This document shows, piece after piece, positions 24,902-39,300 of a stretch of DNA of 64,000 nucleotides (position 1 is the stretch's first letter; every line of letters starts with the position of its first letter). Source of the stretch: Callorhinchus milii. Its lineage: Eukaryota. The stretch is from contig NW_024704743.1 of NCBI RefSeq assembly GCF_018977255.1, forward strand, positions 49,230,001-49,294,000. Reading direction: 5' to 3'. A model generated the notes under the pieces. The model made no database searches, was not told where the DNA came from, and saw nothing but the letters and a program-made list of their open reading frames with translations. The translations under genes and the position numbers were made by a program.

Positions 24902-25142
24902 AATAATAACAATCCTTGCATTTGATATAGCATCTTATCATGTCATCGAGACGTCTCAAAGCCCTCGTGAAGGAATTATTACCCCTGGAAAAGCGATCTG
25001 CCAATCGACTTGCAATTGGGTTCCTACTTACTGCTAGGTGAACAGAGGAGTAAGAAAACTTGCCAAAATTTTGCCCTGCCGAGAATCAAACCCAGGTCTC
25101 TCGATTGCGAGGCGCGTGCTCTAACCACTGAGCTACAGGACT
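24902..25142 (-). mobile_element. tRNA-derived SINE (long form) with the core deleted
   Basis: Head, long-form segment and tail are present; the CTGTTTGTGGG core is missing. Confidence 0.8.
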
Positions 25143-27830
25143 GTTGAGAAGGCAATGCAAGAAGAATAAATTAGTATGTGAGCCGAGGAAAACATCCAGA
25201 CAGAATAATTTGCAGAATACATTTGCTTTTTACAACAAGAATCCATATTCTGATATAATTGTTTTTAAATTGGGATACGTCTCTACATTTACCTGACCTG
25301 TGTGTAAGTTTGGTGGAATGAATTGAAAATCTGAAAAAAGTGAAGTACTTTGATAATGTATCATTTTACCAAATCAGTAAATGAGATTCTCTTATTGTGA
25401 AAAATGGAGATGCATTCAAGGTACCCACTTATGTAATATATTTTTAAATGTTTTCTTTCCTGGTAGTGAAGAAATGGCATATAGTGTGGAAGCTTTCAGA
25501 CAATCAATAGTAACTGATGTAAATTGTGTTTTATGGTCTATTTTTTGTTACTATAACTGATTGCCTCCAGAGAAAATACATCACTCCTGGCATGGCTCTG
25601 CACTTATAATAGAGAACGGTCTCTGCAATAAAGGATTGGTCCTAAGTGAATTGCTCTAATCTTGAAATAAATATCAAAACAAGTTAGTACAAGGTGTTCT
25701 TAAAATTCTTTACTGTTGTGGTTGAAAATGACATTCTGAATATGGGACCAATTTTCTTTTTATAAAAAGTAAGGTGCTTTGAAATATCAATTTGAAATGA
25801 ATTGTTTTTTTTCCCCAGTAAATAATACTGTTCCACTGGCTGCATGCCTTAAGGATGCAATTTATAAACTTGCAACCTACTTTACTGCATATGTTTTTAT
25901 GTTCCAGTTTCCACTCTTACCTTGAGAAGGTAAATTGAGTTATAGCTTTTTGGTGCGTTACCCAAGTGGCCATTCTTTCTGTATGAGGTTTGAAAGAGCA
26001 TGGTCTCAGCAGGCTTTTCAACTGAGAGGAAATTGCAGGCATTCCTGATTCTGATGTCAACTGTGGACTCCAGCCAACAACTAAGTATTGACTGTAACCG
26101 GCACCCATCCTCTGTGGCAGTCTCAGTGCTCTGGTTCCTAAGCCAGGAAGGACTGCAGGACTCCAAGGCCTTGTTCCTGCCTGATTAGCCAACCTCTCTC
26201 AATAGTGGGACTTGAGCAGACCGGGCACCAGGGATTCATACCACTCAGCTCCTGTCAACCCTGCAAGCGAGCCCAATCCCTAATGGGTAGGGTAGTTCTA
26301 GCTGAACAAGCAGCAGGAAGCTTGCCATTGCTCACAATGTTAGCGAGTTAAACTCTAGCAGTTCCCCAATGCATATTATATGCGCCCCAAACAGCAGACT
26401 TCCTATCTCAGAAACCAGACCACTGAGATGGACTTTGATAGACTATGGACTCCTCTTGGCAACATGCACCTAATACTTTCCTGGATTAGATAAACTGGGT
26501 GCTTCCTCTAGCATTACATACCCAATGAACAGAAATTATACACATGTTGATCTCTAAGCATGCTATTAGGTGTGTGAATGTGTCATACCCAGCTGATCAA
26601 AAACAGCAACATCTTATGTCATTGCTGAAATTGAGTATAATTAATCAAAGCACCAGATAATGGACACCAGACCTGGTGCATCAAATGGGGCAAGGGATGA
26701 GTAGACTCTCTGTGGTTGAACCCAAAACCTTGAGGTCCCAAGGTTGATGCTCGACGAACTGAGGATGTTCAACTAACTCAGCCCTCGGGCAGAGTCTGCT
26801 GGGCGAGGGAGCCTACAGGTTGTGAGTATGTGTGTATGTGCGTGAGAGAGAGGTAGAGGTAGGCAGAGTGTGTGTGTGTGAGAGATATAGAGGCAGCAGC
26901 GTATGTAGATCCTTTAGGAAACATTCCATTCAAATCTGTGGCAATTAAAAATGAATTAAGTTTGGTTAAGATACCAAATTTCAAAGGCTTGTAGGCAGCT
27001 GAATCAAAGAGCCTTTATCTGGTCAGTTTATTAGGGTAACAAAAAGGCCAGTCACAAGGCAAGAGAGAATAGTTGTAGTAAAAGAGGCCATATAACCGTT
27101 AACCAAAAATGGAGCTGCAATATTTTCACCAGTAGCAGTAGATCAGACAGAATCAATTGATCATTTTGGTGCCAGAAGACTGACAAAGTGTTCACACCAA
27201 AGACAGTTAAAAGAGTAAGTTTCCAGACCATTTAAAACTTGAATTGCTGATCACTCTTGAGAGAAACAACTAATACCAGCTCCCAGTCAAATTTGGTGTC
27301 ACCTGATTGAAGTTTAATTCTACCCATGTCAGCCTACTTTGCAACTATAAAGAAAGTTCTAAATATCTAATGTGACAAAGTACGATGGATATGTTAATGG
27401 GGAGTTCTAGTCAGATTGAGGCATATTTAGTCAGATTGAGAGCAGACAGGAGATTGTCAGAATCAACACGAACAACAAGAAGATTACATTTGTATAGCGC
27501 CTTTCACGTCGGGAGGACGTTCCAAGGCGCTGGGACGGATCAACACAGATTGACTCGGGTTGAGGCAGATTTTCACCAGATTTGACAGGGATTCATTTAG
27601 ATTTAAGGGGAGATTTGTAGAGAGTGAAAACAACTTTTCTGCACCAGGTTGTGCTTCAGTTTGTGAAGTTAGTGTTTTCCATCAGGAGTAAAAAGGCTGG
27701 TAAAGAATACTTTAATATGGTAAAGAATTTTATTATTTGTTCAGCTTTCTCAGGTCTTGACCAGCATAGAGAAGCTGAGTCACCTCTTGTTTTGGCTGGA
27801 AGTGGGGGAGGTCTTTTTGTGTGTTCTCTA

Positions 27831-28406
27831 TAACATAACATGTAGGAGCAGGAGTAGGCCATTCGGCCCTTCGAGCCTGCCCTGCCATTCAATCATGGCT
27901 GATCTTCTAATCTAACTCCAGCTAATAACCTGACCCTGCCTTAGCCCCCATATCCCTTAATCCCTTTTGCAATAAGAAATCTATCTATCTCAGTCTTGAA
28001 TATGTTCAAGGACTGAGCGTCAACAGCCCTTTGGGATAGCGAGTGCCATACATTCACCACCCTTTGAGTGAAGAAGTTCTTCCTCAACTCAGTGCGAAAG
28101 GGCTGACCTCTGATTTTAAGGTTGTGACCCCTGGTTTTAGTTTCTCCAACCAGGGGAAACAATCTCCCACTATCTACTCTATCATGTTTCTATAAGATCC
28201 CCTCTAATTCTTCTATATTCTAGAGAATATAGGCCCAAATTGGTCAGCCTATCCTCGTAATTCATCCCCTTCATCCCTGGTACAAACCCAGTAAATCTAC
28301 GCTGCACCCCCTCCAAGGCAGGTACATCCTTCCTTAAATAAGGAGACCAAAACTGCACACAGTATTCGAGGTGTGGTCTCACCAGGGCCCTATACAGTTG
28401 CAGCAA
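27831..28406 (-). mobile_element. CR1 LINE 3' end
   Basis: [19 protein letters not shown]...LEGVQRRFT and TRGHNLK...FFTQRVVNVW, plus a typical CR1 3' UTR (+ strand GGAGTAGGCCATTCGGCCCTTCGAGCCTG). Confidence 0.95.
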
Positions 28407-30507
28407 CTGTATCTTGAGTCTCCTTGGTCTGCAACTGTTATTTTAATATTAGACTGCTTTTGCACTGGGAAGGCTAAGGAGTCATTTACTCCCACTGAAT
28501 CTCTTAAGTAACAGATGAGCTCCTCTACTTTGTTCCCAACTGAAACCTGCCAAATGTTGCTTATTTAAAAAATTAACCCATTTTGGTACTATAGAAAAAT
28601 AAACACCGCACCACATGGCTAAAGCACTTGCAATCTGATTTTCTTTTTTCCACGTCTTGATTCTTGCTTCAAAATTTGGTAAAAGATAGACCTTTCTATC
28701 CTTTTTTAAAAAATGAAATATAGTGTGTGTGTCCCCCCACCCCCGTATGGGACTTAATATAATAAAATACAGGATCAGACTATTGCAGTCCATTTGACCA
28801 ATAAAGTTTTTTTAAACGCTAATTTGTATAACCTTCAATTGTTTAAACAGTCTTTGTTTCATTGAGAATATTTAAAAAATCTGGAACAAGAAGGTGACTG
28901 TGACCAAGAGGTACATAGAAATAGTTACATAAAAAGTGATGACTGGACTCTATTAGGTAAAATGCACTTGCCCTGATTCATAATGGTGTATACTGGAAAG
29001 GTTTCAGCCTTCCTGAAACAACACGGGACCTAGTTTTAGCCGTATTTCTGATGTAAATAAAGCTTGTTGAAGGAAGTAGCTACTTCCTGCTCATCTTTGC
29101 AAATGAAGAATGCAGCTTTTTTGCACAAAATTTGCACTAACGATTATTATTTCTTTCTGGGGGTAATAATCCATTCAAAAAATATAAATAAATAATTTGG
29201 TAACTCAATCCATGACTGTTTCTGGGACACTGCTGTGCACAAATGGCTGACACGTTTCGCCCACAAAACGCAATCAATCTACTTTACACATATGCTGTGA
29301 AGTGCTTTGAGACATCTCAACGGTCAAATGCAAGGAATATTATGTTTCCACCATGTTCACAGCTCTGCTTGGTGAGGAAATTGGATAAGGCAGTTTACTT
29401 TAGTCTTCAGTTTTGAGTGATCTACAATTTGCAATCTGTCCCTTTTCGTATGGCTTACTAGGTTAATGGATAACAAATTCTGGGCTAGTGTGAATGTTTT
29501 GTGGCATTAATAGTTATTTGATCAAATTTCCCAGCTCTTTGTGTAGCTTAGCAAAGCAGGCCTGGTTTATGGGTTATTGAGATGCCAGCGAGGCATGTTT
29601 GGTCATTCGTTTTAACATAATTGGAATTCCTGTGTGCTGCTTATAGTTGATCTGCGTGGCAACATGCTTGTTTGTGATGAGGTTAAAGTAGCCTTTATTT
29701 AAATGTGGCGAGGTCTAACTTGTTTCAAATAGGCCTTGGGAATGTGAAGAGTTAATGATTGTGTTTCTGTGGGGGCAGCGAGTCAGGAATCTGCTGATAA
29801 ATCATCTCATTTCATACCTGGGACTCCAGTCTGGATTTGCACCTATGGTCCTAAAAGTATAATGTTGACTAATTGAAAGACTGGGTAATTCAAATTTTTT
29901 CGATTAACAAGGGTTGATTGTTGATAACAATTCTCTAATTGTGAGACGTTGCTGTGTTGATCCTGGGGATCTTTTAACATCCAACTGAACAGTCAGAGGG
30001 TAACATTTCCTGCCACCTGTCACATTTCTACCATATTCTACCATAGTGACTGTATATTTTGTAGAGATTGGTAATAAAGTGAAGTATAAACATTTTTAAG
30101 CTATTGACAAACTCGATGATGTATGTTACCTCAATCAGATGTGTGTTCCCTATTTGAATATCTTGATTTCACTGCTTCCTACTTACATACTGTAAGAGGG
30201 GAAGAGCCACACGTTTAGCTTGAGTACTAAGTAGAGAGAAGGGGACATGGTTTCCTGCCTGCATTCGATGTGGCTGCAGTTGCAAGTGACATTGTGCTCC
30301 AAGACCTGCAAGATAGCAGGAAATGGGCAGAGGAAGGCAATGTTTTCACTTTACTACTTGAAAGACTTTTAGAGAGTGTTGTACTCTGTTATGCATATAC
30401 CTTGAGAAATTTGAGAGCAGTTGTATTTACTTCAGTGACATATCAGATCACCCATGTTGCCATATGAATTTTCTTGATTTTTCCATGCCAGTATGTCTAC
30501 ATGTCAG

Positions 30508-30765
30508 TGTGGCACTCTCGCCTCCAAGTCCAAAGGTTGTGCGTTCTAGCTCCATGTGAGGATTTTGAACTCAGAGTCTAGGATGATACTCCAATACAGT
30601 GCTGGGGGAACCTGAATTCTCAGAGATGCTGTCCCTCAAATGAGACGTTTAAACCAAATTCTCGTCTGCCTGTTCAGGTACACAGTCATTACATTTTACA
30701 GTAAAATCCTGTCAAAGTACTTTGACATGAAAAGTGCTTTATCAATACAGATTATTTATTATTTG
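30508..30765 (+). mobile_element. Degenerate Deu-domain SINE
   Basis: Similar to the head and central domain of 62222-62612. Confidence 0.6.
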
Positions 30766-31079
30766 TGGGGTCTTTGAGTGTGATTGATAATTTATGTTGT
30801 TAATGGGTACTTGGGGTTGGAGGCCAACGTCCATTGGGACCAGGGCTGAGACTGCTCAAATTTTATTTATCCTACAGACCCTTGCAATCAGCAGAGTAGA
30901 AAGGCATTCATTAATTCTGTGTTGGTTTTAAACCCCTTTATCGTGGTCAAATGCCAATGTGTAAACATATTGCTACTGTCTATCATTCTCTTTATTTGAC
31001 ACCCATCTTCTAATCTGGGGGACGAAGGAGGCAAGGAAGGAAAGTATCTCCTGCCTAAGGACAGGATCCTTCAGCCCTT

Positions 31080-31390
31080 TGAGCTTAGAATACTGAATGC
31101 AATTCTGGTCACCGTGATATAGCTTTGCTGCCCAGGCACTAGACACAGTACAGAGAAGACAACAAGGATGATCGCCAATGATAAAGGGTTGCACTTTGAG
31201 GAAGGAAGGACACAGGAAGTATTTTTTTTGCACAGGGGCTAAATCATGACTGTAATAGGTTACCAGGAAGTGGTTGAGTCCAGGGCACGTTATTGAAGAA
31301 ATGGCTTGCTGCTGTAATAGAACAATGGTATCTTGGGTATTCTGAAAGAAAGATCAAAATGGGCCAAACCACCTTTTTTGTGATCCTTTA
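31080..31390 (+). mobile_element. Highly decayed CR1 3' fragment
   Basis: TTAGAATACTGAATGCAATTCTGGTCACC (LEY..QFWSP-like) followed by a VQRR..RMI-like remnant. Confidence 0.6.
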
Positions 31391-31784
31391 ATCCCATTTC
31401 CCCACCTTTTTTCGTATCTCTTAAAGCCCTATATCTCAGGTATCTGTCTACTTCCCTTTAAAACTCTGATGTTACTCCATATGATGGACATTGTATAAAT
31501 GTAAATTGTTGCTGTTACTTTATAATGTTTGCATACAAAATACATGGGCACTACATTTTACAGTATTTCCTGTGAAGCACTTTGAGATGTCCTCTTGATA
31601 TGAAAGATGCTATAATCAAATCGTTGATTATCCCAATTGATTTCTGCAAGTACAGCCACGTGAAGCATTGTTCAAAAAAAAATCGCAATTTGTACATTTT
31701 ACACTTAAGGACATTTGCTAAAGTACCTTTCAAAAATTATAATTTTCAATTAAATTGCCCAAACCACTTAAATATAGGACTATC

Positions 31785-32198
31785 TATCCTTCAGAGGATC
31801 CAGTTCACGATCCTGGTCCTCACATACAAAGCCCTCCATGGCTTCGCCCCACCCTACCTCAGCGACCTCCTAACCCTCTACCAACCCGCCCGTTCCCTCC
31901 GCTCAGCCAGCCAGCTCTGACCTGCTCCACGTCCCCTGACCCACCATTGGCGGGAGAGCCTTCAGCCACTCTGCCCCCAACCTCTGGAATTCCATCCCCC
32001 AGTCACTCCTCCTCACCCCCTCCTTAGCCTCCTTCAAGTCCCGTCTTCGACCATGCCTTCGGCCACCCCCCTTCCCCTCCCCTCTCTTACCCCCCCCAAC
32101 CCCAGCTCGGGTCTGAAATGCTGTACTCTGTCCATTGCCTTGGGACGTCCTCCCGACGTGAAAGGCGCTATACAAATGTAATCTTGTTGCTGTTGTTA
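31785..32198 (+). mobile_element. L2 3' fragment
   Basis: ILQRIQFTILVLTYKALHG; closely similar to 8605-9045. Confidence 0.9.
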
Positions 32199-33217
32199 TC
32201 TCCTTATATTGCGATTCTCTGACTCCAATTTCTCAGTATTATAAAAGAAGCATGAAAATGCAATCTAGGTTGCCAAGTTACCACCACGAAATGCATAAAT
32301 GTGTTATTATTACATTAATTAATAAGAATAATAATCCTTGCATTTGATATAGTGCATTTCACGTTGGGAGGTCATCCCAAAGTGCTACACAGGGTTTTAC
32401 TGTGAAGTAGAGTGACTGTGTATTTGTGGGTACACAAGATGCTCTGCTACTGACTTCATTTCCTTCATACAGTGACGTTAGTGGCAACATGACAACTTGG
32501 AAGTCGATCAGTCAGGGCCAGAAGCTGGGTGTCCTGTGCTAATGGAAGTCCACAGGACACCAGCATTGAAACGAAGCAGCACTGTACTGGTGAGAGTTAT
32601 AATTGAGTTCCCTTGTAGATATTTATAAATTTTCTCAAGCAGAAAGTAAGCAATGTCATTGATACAAACTGAGTCATAGCAGCTTTATTTTAAATTTTAC
32701 CATTTATACTCTCGAGCTGAATTATAAAACCATCATTGAAGGGACCCATGTGAAGGTCATTAGGTGGAAATAAATAGGAAAATGAGTAAAACAAACTAAT
32801 GAACCTCCAGAGTGTAGTAAGATTGTGTGCGTGGGTATATTAGCAGCAAGGATGTCATGAAGATGATGAGCTGAATAAAATTATCATGCAGTAGTAGTAT
32901 AATAAAAATATTATAGAGCAGTAGTAGAGAAGGTCAGGTGGAACCCTATTGATTTTATTTTTAAGGTGAACCGTTTTGGAGACAATAAAGTGTTGTAACT
33001 TTCATTACCTTTCCATCCCAAAAAACAGTTAAAATTGCTGTTTAATTCAGTTTGATTTATAAATTACACAATGGAATTTGGAATTCCAATGTGACTACCA
33101 CATTTTAATAATAATTCTTACATTTGATATAGCATCTCTCACATTGAGAGGACATCTCAAAGTACTTTTCAGAATTTGTAGATTTACAAGGATGTTACCA
33201 GGGATGATGGGATAATA

Positions 33218-33350
33218 CAGTCAAACCTGTTAAAGCAACCACCTCTATTCAGCAACTACTTACTGTCAATAACCAGCCTGGAATAGTCCTCGCTGATTTT
33301 CCGTAATCGACCACTTCTATTCAACAACCACCTGTCTAATGCAACCAATG
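33218..33350 (+). mobile_element. Single end of a Tc1/mariner-pogo-type DNA transposon
   Basis: TA|CAGTCAAACCTG start followed by repeated ACCAC(C/T)TCTATTCA.CAAC subterminal motifs; no matching right end found. Confidence 0.5.
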
Positions 33351-36300
33351 CCCCTTTTTTATAGCGCTGTCAGTGTACAGAGACCATTTTCAGCAGCCAG
33401 TCCTAAGTGAAATTAAGTGTAATTACCAACAATGCATTACCAATTTCCGCAGGCCCGTGTATAGACCCCAGCTAGACTACTAGTGCATTTACCAACGCTA
33501 CACTTAGCAGCTCATGTGATGCCCACAACTTCCTGTCTCACATGTGAGGTGGAATTGATAAATACGCTGGGAGTCTAGCAGGAGTCTACACCAGGCCTCA
33601 CTTCACTTCAATATGGTGTAACATAATTCCTGTATAGTGACTGGGGCTTTTAGAGTAGAGCAGGAGGCATTTTCTTGATGCATTGTCTCAGCTGGTATGT
33701 CAAACTGAGTAAGGGTAACTGGTGGCTGAAGACATCAGTAAGAAGAATCCTCTGACCCTAAGTACGAAAGCCCACAATGGAAGGTAGGTCAGAGGAGATA
33801 CAGCTTGTGATCAAGTGCAAAAGGCATTGTGACTACATAATTGTGAAGCACTCAGGACTTCACCATTACTTCATGTTGCTGGGCTGATCCGTGTGCACCT
33901 GAGGGTGTGATTGATCTGCATCATTGACCTCATGTTAATCTACAACACATAAAGATCAATTTGGAAGTACTTTCAAATATCTGCAGGGTTCATTCAGCCA
34001 AAAGCACTGCTATTGGTCAATGATTAACAGTTAATCTGTCTACACCATTACTGTCACCATCACTTATTGTAACGCTTAAGTACTCGTGTACTCAGCAAAA
34101 TAGCAAGTGATCACACTTAATGGATTCCAATTAAGACAGTGCTGTAACGCAAAATAAGTAATCAAGATCACGTTTGTAAATGCAGTAGTTTGGAGTCGTA
34201 ATTCTGTTCTTTTGCTACTGAGCAAATTGTATTATGTTTTTTGGCAGAACTGCAGAAAAGCAGGTTAATAGAATAAAATACCAAGGTCCCACTTGTGCAA
34301 ATTCCTAGCAGTTTTCAATATTGTTGAATTAATCTTGCAACCTTGCAAGTCTGGTTTACAGTTAACATACCCCCAACCACCACTTGTCGATTACCAATAA
34401 ATATTGCACTGCCTTTTTCCTCTTTTGGGAGTCTTCACCACATGTGGAAGTCAACGAGCAGCAGAGTTAAAAGGATGACCTTTTCACTTCCTTCTGCATC
34501 ATTATCGTATACTCCGAGTGCAGTCCTTGCATACCTAATTGTGGCATTTTCCCCATACTGGGAGCCACATTTAGAATTCATCTGTAGCAAACGAAAGAAC
34601 TTTGAGAAGTGGTTTCTGGTGTGTTGGGTGGGGGGGAGGGGGAGGAAGATCGCTAAGGTCCAGGTACAGACATTTATGCTTTCATTGATCTGAGTTCCAG
34701 GGCCCTAGCAATTACAGCAGGTTGGAACTGGCATTTCTGCTTCGTTATTCAGAGATCTTAAAATGTGTATAATGAACAAAAAATATTAACTCTTCCTGTC
34801 TCCTGCATCTGGGTGCAGACTTTTGCATATTTTCAGTAAGGCAGATAAAATGCTGAAAAATATTAAATAGTTTTTGATTTATGAAAAGGACTTTAAAAAA
34901 TCTGAGAATCAATTCGTAAGCTGCCATCGCTTTGCTTGCATTCAACAGTTGTGTTGCAGCAGCAAGCAATGAAGCAGCTGTACTCGTCATTTTAATAAAT
35001 TGATAAAAATGAGTAACATTATAGGTAGGTGTTGGTGATTTCATGGCATTGGAGTTTGATGTAGAGGGAATAAAGCACAAGCACAATATTTTATAGCAAT
35101 AAAGTTGACAAGTGTTTTTTGCCCTTTCTGGAAGCAAAAGTTGTTTCCCTGTACGTTCTGCTTGAATGTATTAGAATTTTCAGAGTATCGTACTTGTGCT
35201 TTGTTCCTTCTAAATGAAACTCCCCATACAAAGCACCAATACCTACCTGAAATGGCATAATTGTATCAATTTATACAACAACATGCATTTATATAGTGCC
35301 CTTCACACAGGGTAGTGTCCCAGAGCACTTCAAAATTACATGTGGACTGTTGCCTTGTTGCTGGTTGATGGAACATGAATGTAAAATGCAAATGATGGCA
35401 GCTGGCATAGGTGGAAGATGAAAGGCAATAAATAAGGCAAACTGGATGCTGGGCTCTACTTCTACAAAAACTTAGTTGAGTTTATATCCGTTTCACTCAA
35501 CCTGTTATAATTCTCTGCTCAGGTGACACATAAGGGTAATAATGCTTAGATTTGGTTTAGTGCTTTTTACTTTGGAGAAGAGATTCTTGTCAGCTTGAGA
35601 ATGTTTCCAGACTCATTTGGAAATGTTTCTGACTGTAAAATTTGCTTTTAGTCATGCTACTTGTGTAAACTGACATTGCATGAAAAATAGAGAAAGGTGT
35701 TTTACAACCCACAGAGAGCTTTGTGTGCGCTTTTTTTTGTTGCGGGGAGGAAATTCAATGCATGGTGTGAACGTGCAGAATATATTTAGAGCTGTTGCAA
35801 CTCTCCACCTTCGATGAGTTTATAAAAGCTCCTACTTAAATGTCCCTTAAACAGGCGAAATGGATTCTGGTAATCCATGTTAAAAATAGCCTCAGTCGAT
35901 TAAAATATGCTGTATAGAGTATTATGGGGACAGTGGGCAATGTGCTATCTCTCATGATCCACAATGTTCAAAGTGTTAGATAACCTGCAAGTAATTGACT
36001 TTGTTTTTCGTACTAAAATGTTTGTTTGAGAAATTGTAAGTAAATTGCAAGATATTAAGTGGATCCCAAAACGAAGCATTGCTTTTACACTCTTGATTTC
36101 ATGGCAATTTTATATTTCTGCTTAGTCACTGTACATCTAATTTACTTGCCATCCATTTGTCACGATTAGATTACACCTTTGGGAAACGGATGTAATCACA
36201 CGAGTTTCCGTGTGGACAATATTTCCAATTCACCAAGGGTATTAAGTTAACATTACAAGCAGGTGCTTAATGGGTTAATGTAGGACAGACATTTCACCAC

Positions 36301-39300
36301 CTCCTATTTGTACTGGCCCAGGACTGACTCCTTTCTGCTGTGTGGAATGTATTTGTAATTCCCCTACACAATACACAGTCACTACACTTAACAGTATATC
36401 CTTTGAAGTGCTTTGAACCATCCTATTGGCGTGAAAAGAACTGTTTCAAATGTGAAGATTATTGATAGGAACTGGCTTGTGTCGCATCACTTTGGCCCTT
36501 TGAAGCCAGCAACGTTGAACACTCTGGAAGTGAATTTCAGGACTGTTGAGATGAAGAATACATACTAATCCACTGCAGCACCTGCTTTATTAATTAATAT
36601 TTAATATAGTACCTGGAAAAATCACTGCATTATTGGATTGCATGTCCTGTAGAGTCTGGAATAGCTGAAACATAATGATTACATTAAAGATATCTGAAGG
36701 GTGTTCCTACTGCATTATAATGCTATATGTATGACCTGCAAGAATTAATATTTCTTAAGTCCTGTAGTTTTCTGCTGAAATGTTTTAGTAACTATATATG
36801 CAGTGACTTAAAACTTAAGATGTGTATTCAGCATTGATATTGTCATGGTTTCCAATAACTAGTTACTATTCAAAGAGACTGTTCCTGCCAACAACCCTCC
36901 AGGTAAAATTGGTCATTCACTTCATAGCTGTTTGTGGAAAATTGCTGTTCACATATTGGCTGCTATATCTACCTGCAAATGTATAGTTCCTGTACTTTAC
37001 AGAAATTTTGAAGAGCTTTGAGATGTTATCAATATTATAGGTACATCCATCAAATGTAAGGTTTACTATTATGTACAGTTGTCTTTTGTGAATTCTAAGG
37101 AATAACCTGGGTGTTTAGTGGGTGCCTTTATTTACTGTTACTTGCCTAAAGGGTTCGACTTTCTGGTGGGGAAGTGTAGAGTTTCAATTCATTGAATTCT
37201 TGGTATTATGTTTGCTCCAGGGATTAGACCAGAGGTAACACAATATTGTACTATTGTATTAAACGGACCCAACTGAGGTCTCGTCTGCCTGTTCAGACAT
37301 TAAAGATCCCATGCACGTTTGAAAAGCAATCGGTCAATCTACAAACTTACTGCTCTGTAAACAGAAGCGTGTGGAGTAAGGAAATTTGCCTATGGTTTTC
37401 TCCTACCCAGGAACCCAGGTCCTCCCACTTGCGAGGCAGGTGCTCCAACCAATATGCTACAGGACTGCACAATATAAATGCAAGTTGTTGTTGTTGACAT
37501 TCTGCTGCCAACCATGTCACTGTGGAGCTAGATCAGCAACAATAAGAACTTTTTAATAGTGTATTTTTTTTAAAAAAGGTGGATTTAAAATTACGATACA
37601 TAACAAGTGCTGGTGTTAAGTGGCTGGTAAAGATCTCTCGAATGAGTTTGGAAGAGCATCATGAAATTATACTGAAGTATGCATTACAGGACTCAAATAT
37701 GTATTAAAAGTTCTCATTTTCCTATTTACGTTCACTGGAGATCTGAAGATATCTTTCATTCGAATAGACCTTTTGAGCTAGAAGCTTATGAAGGCAGTTC
37801 ATGAAGCAGGTTGGAACACGATGATAATGTTTGAGTTTTGCCGCGTACCTTTTTTGTTGGATAATGTGGATGCCAAACTGCTGTGATTTTCATTTTCAAG
37901 GAGCACTATCTTTTTCTGCTGTGGGGAGGGAGAAAGCCACAATGAGACACGCAAATTGATTGACAAAATAGCGCTCTTTTTAAAATTAAAGGGAAATTAT
38001 TTGATTTGCTTTTTTAAAATGCACTTTCAAACAAATTGCATGTTACATGGTGAAATGTATGTTCACCATAGACTTTCATAAGGATGGTGCTCATTTAATT
38101 GAAATTGGCTAAATACTCACATGTAAACATTTGAAGAAGGATTCAACTTTATAAATTTTTATATAATCTCCAATTTCAGTTAAAAAATGAAAAGTTACTG
38201 TTCCACATTGAATTAAATGCAATATCCTGCTAATGAATGGAACAAACTACCAAAGAGAAGGTAATTTCATAGCAGATAAAATAAAAATGTTACACTCGAG
38301 TAAGAATATCACAAGATGATCCACTTTGTATTGTACAAAACATGACAGGAACAACTGAATTTCAATTGAAGAACAGCTCTGAAGGTCTTGCCTTTATAAG
38401 AACTCCTAGCTCACGGTTTATCCTACAAATAAAAGATGTTGAATGTTGCGCTCTTGAACTTATCTGAGGATAATGAAATCATCAAGAAAACAAATAGAAA
38501 TGTGGCTACGTTGTTCAAAAGGGAGAAGCATGCACAATTTGCACAATGTGAGGGTGGGTGATACAACTTCCAACAGACAATTGAAATTAATTTTCAAAGC
38601 AGAGATTGAGATCAAGAATTTGCTGTTTATGTATGTGTTCTTGATCTTCGCTCTTGAGCTTCTTGATTTGTGAGAGATGAAGATTTTGTTACCAAATCTG
38701 AATTCAATTACCTGATTCTGTATTCATCTGCATTGTGTGTCAGCTCTTGAGATAGAAATGCATGACTCTATAGAATCGTGCAGATTTCAGGACATAATTC
38801 AGTTAGTCATGTTGACTGATTTGCCATCATGTTTCATTTAACTGCATTAATGAGCCTCAATTATAAAATTGCAATGATTTTACAGCAACTGTATAAATCT
38901 GCTGGAGACAGCCACTGTACAATACTTCTTTGGACACTAACAAAATAAGAAAGAGTAAGACCTGACGGTACATTAGCAATCTATAGCCAAAAGATTGTGT
39001 GCTGCTGAATTGTTTGGAAAAGCTGGGTTGTGGAGTTAATGTTGCTGTACAAATCCTTTGCTGCGACTAACCTAATAATGTGTATCTTTATGGTTGTGTA
39101 AATGGACAACATAAGGTTAAACTATAACCTGATTATTATTAGATCGCCCTGCTGTATGGAAACCACAAAAGAAATTAATTGGAAACCAGATCCATAAACA
39201 TCATTTTATTTCCGTTTTGGAAGGAAGGAGAGAAATCATGAATTAAACTGCATGTCTATATCAAATGAAACTTTGTTATAAGCAAAGAAATCTAAGAACG

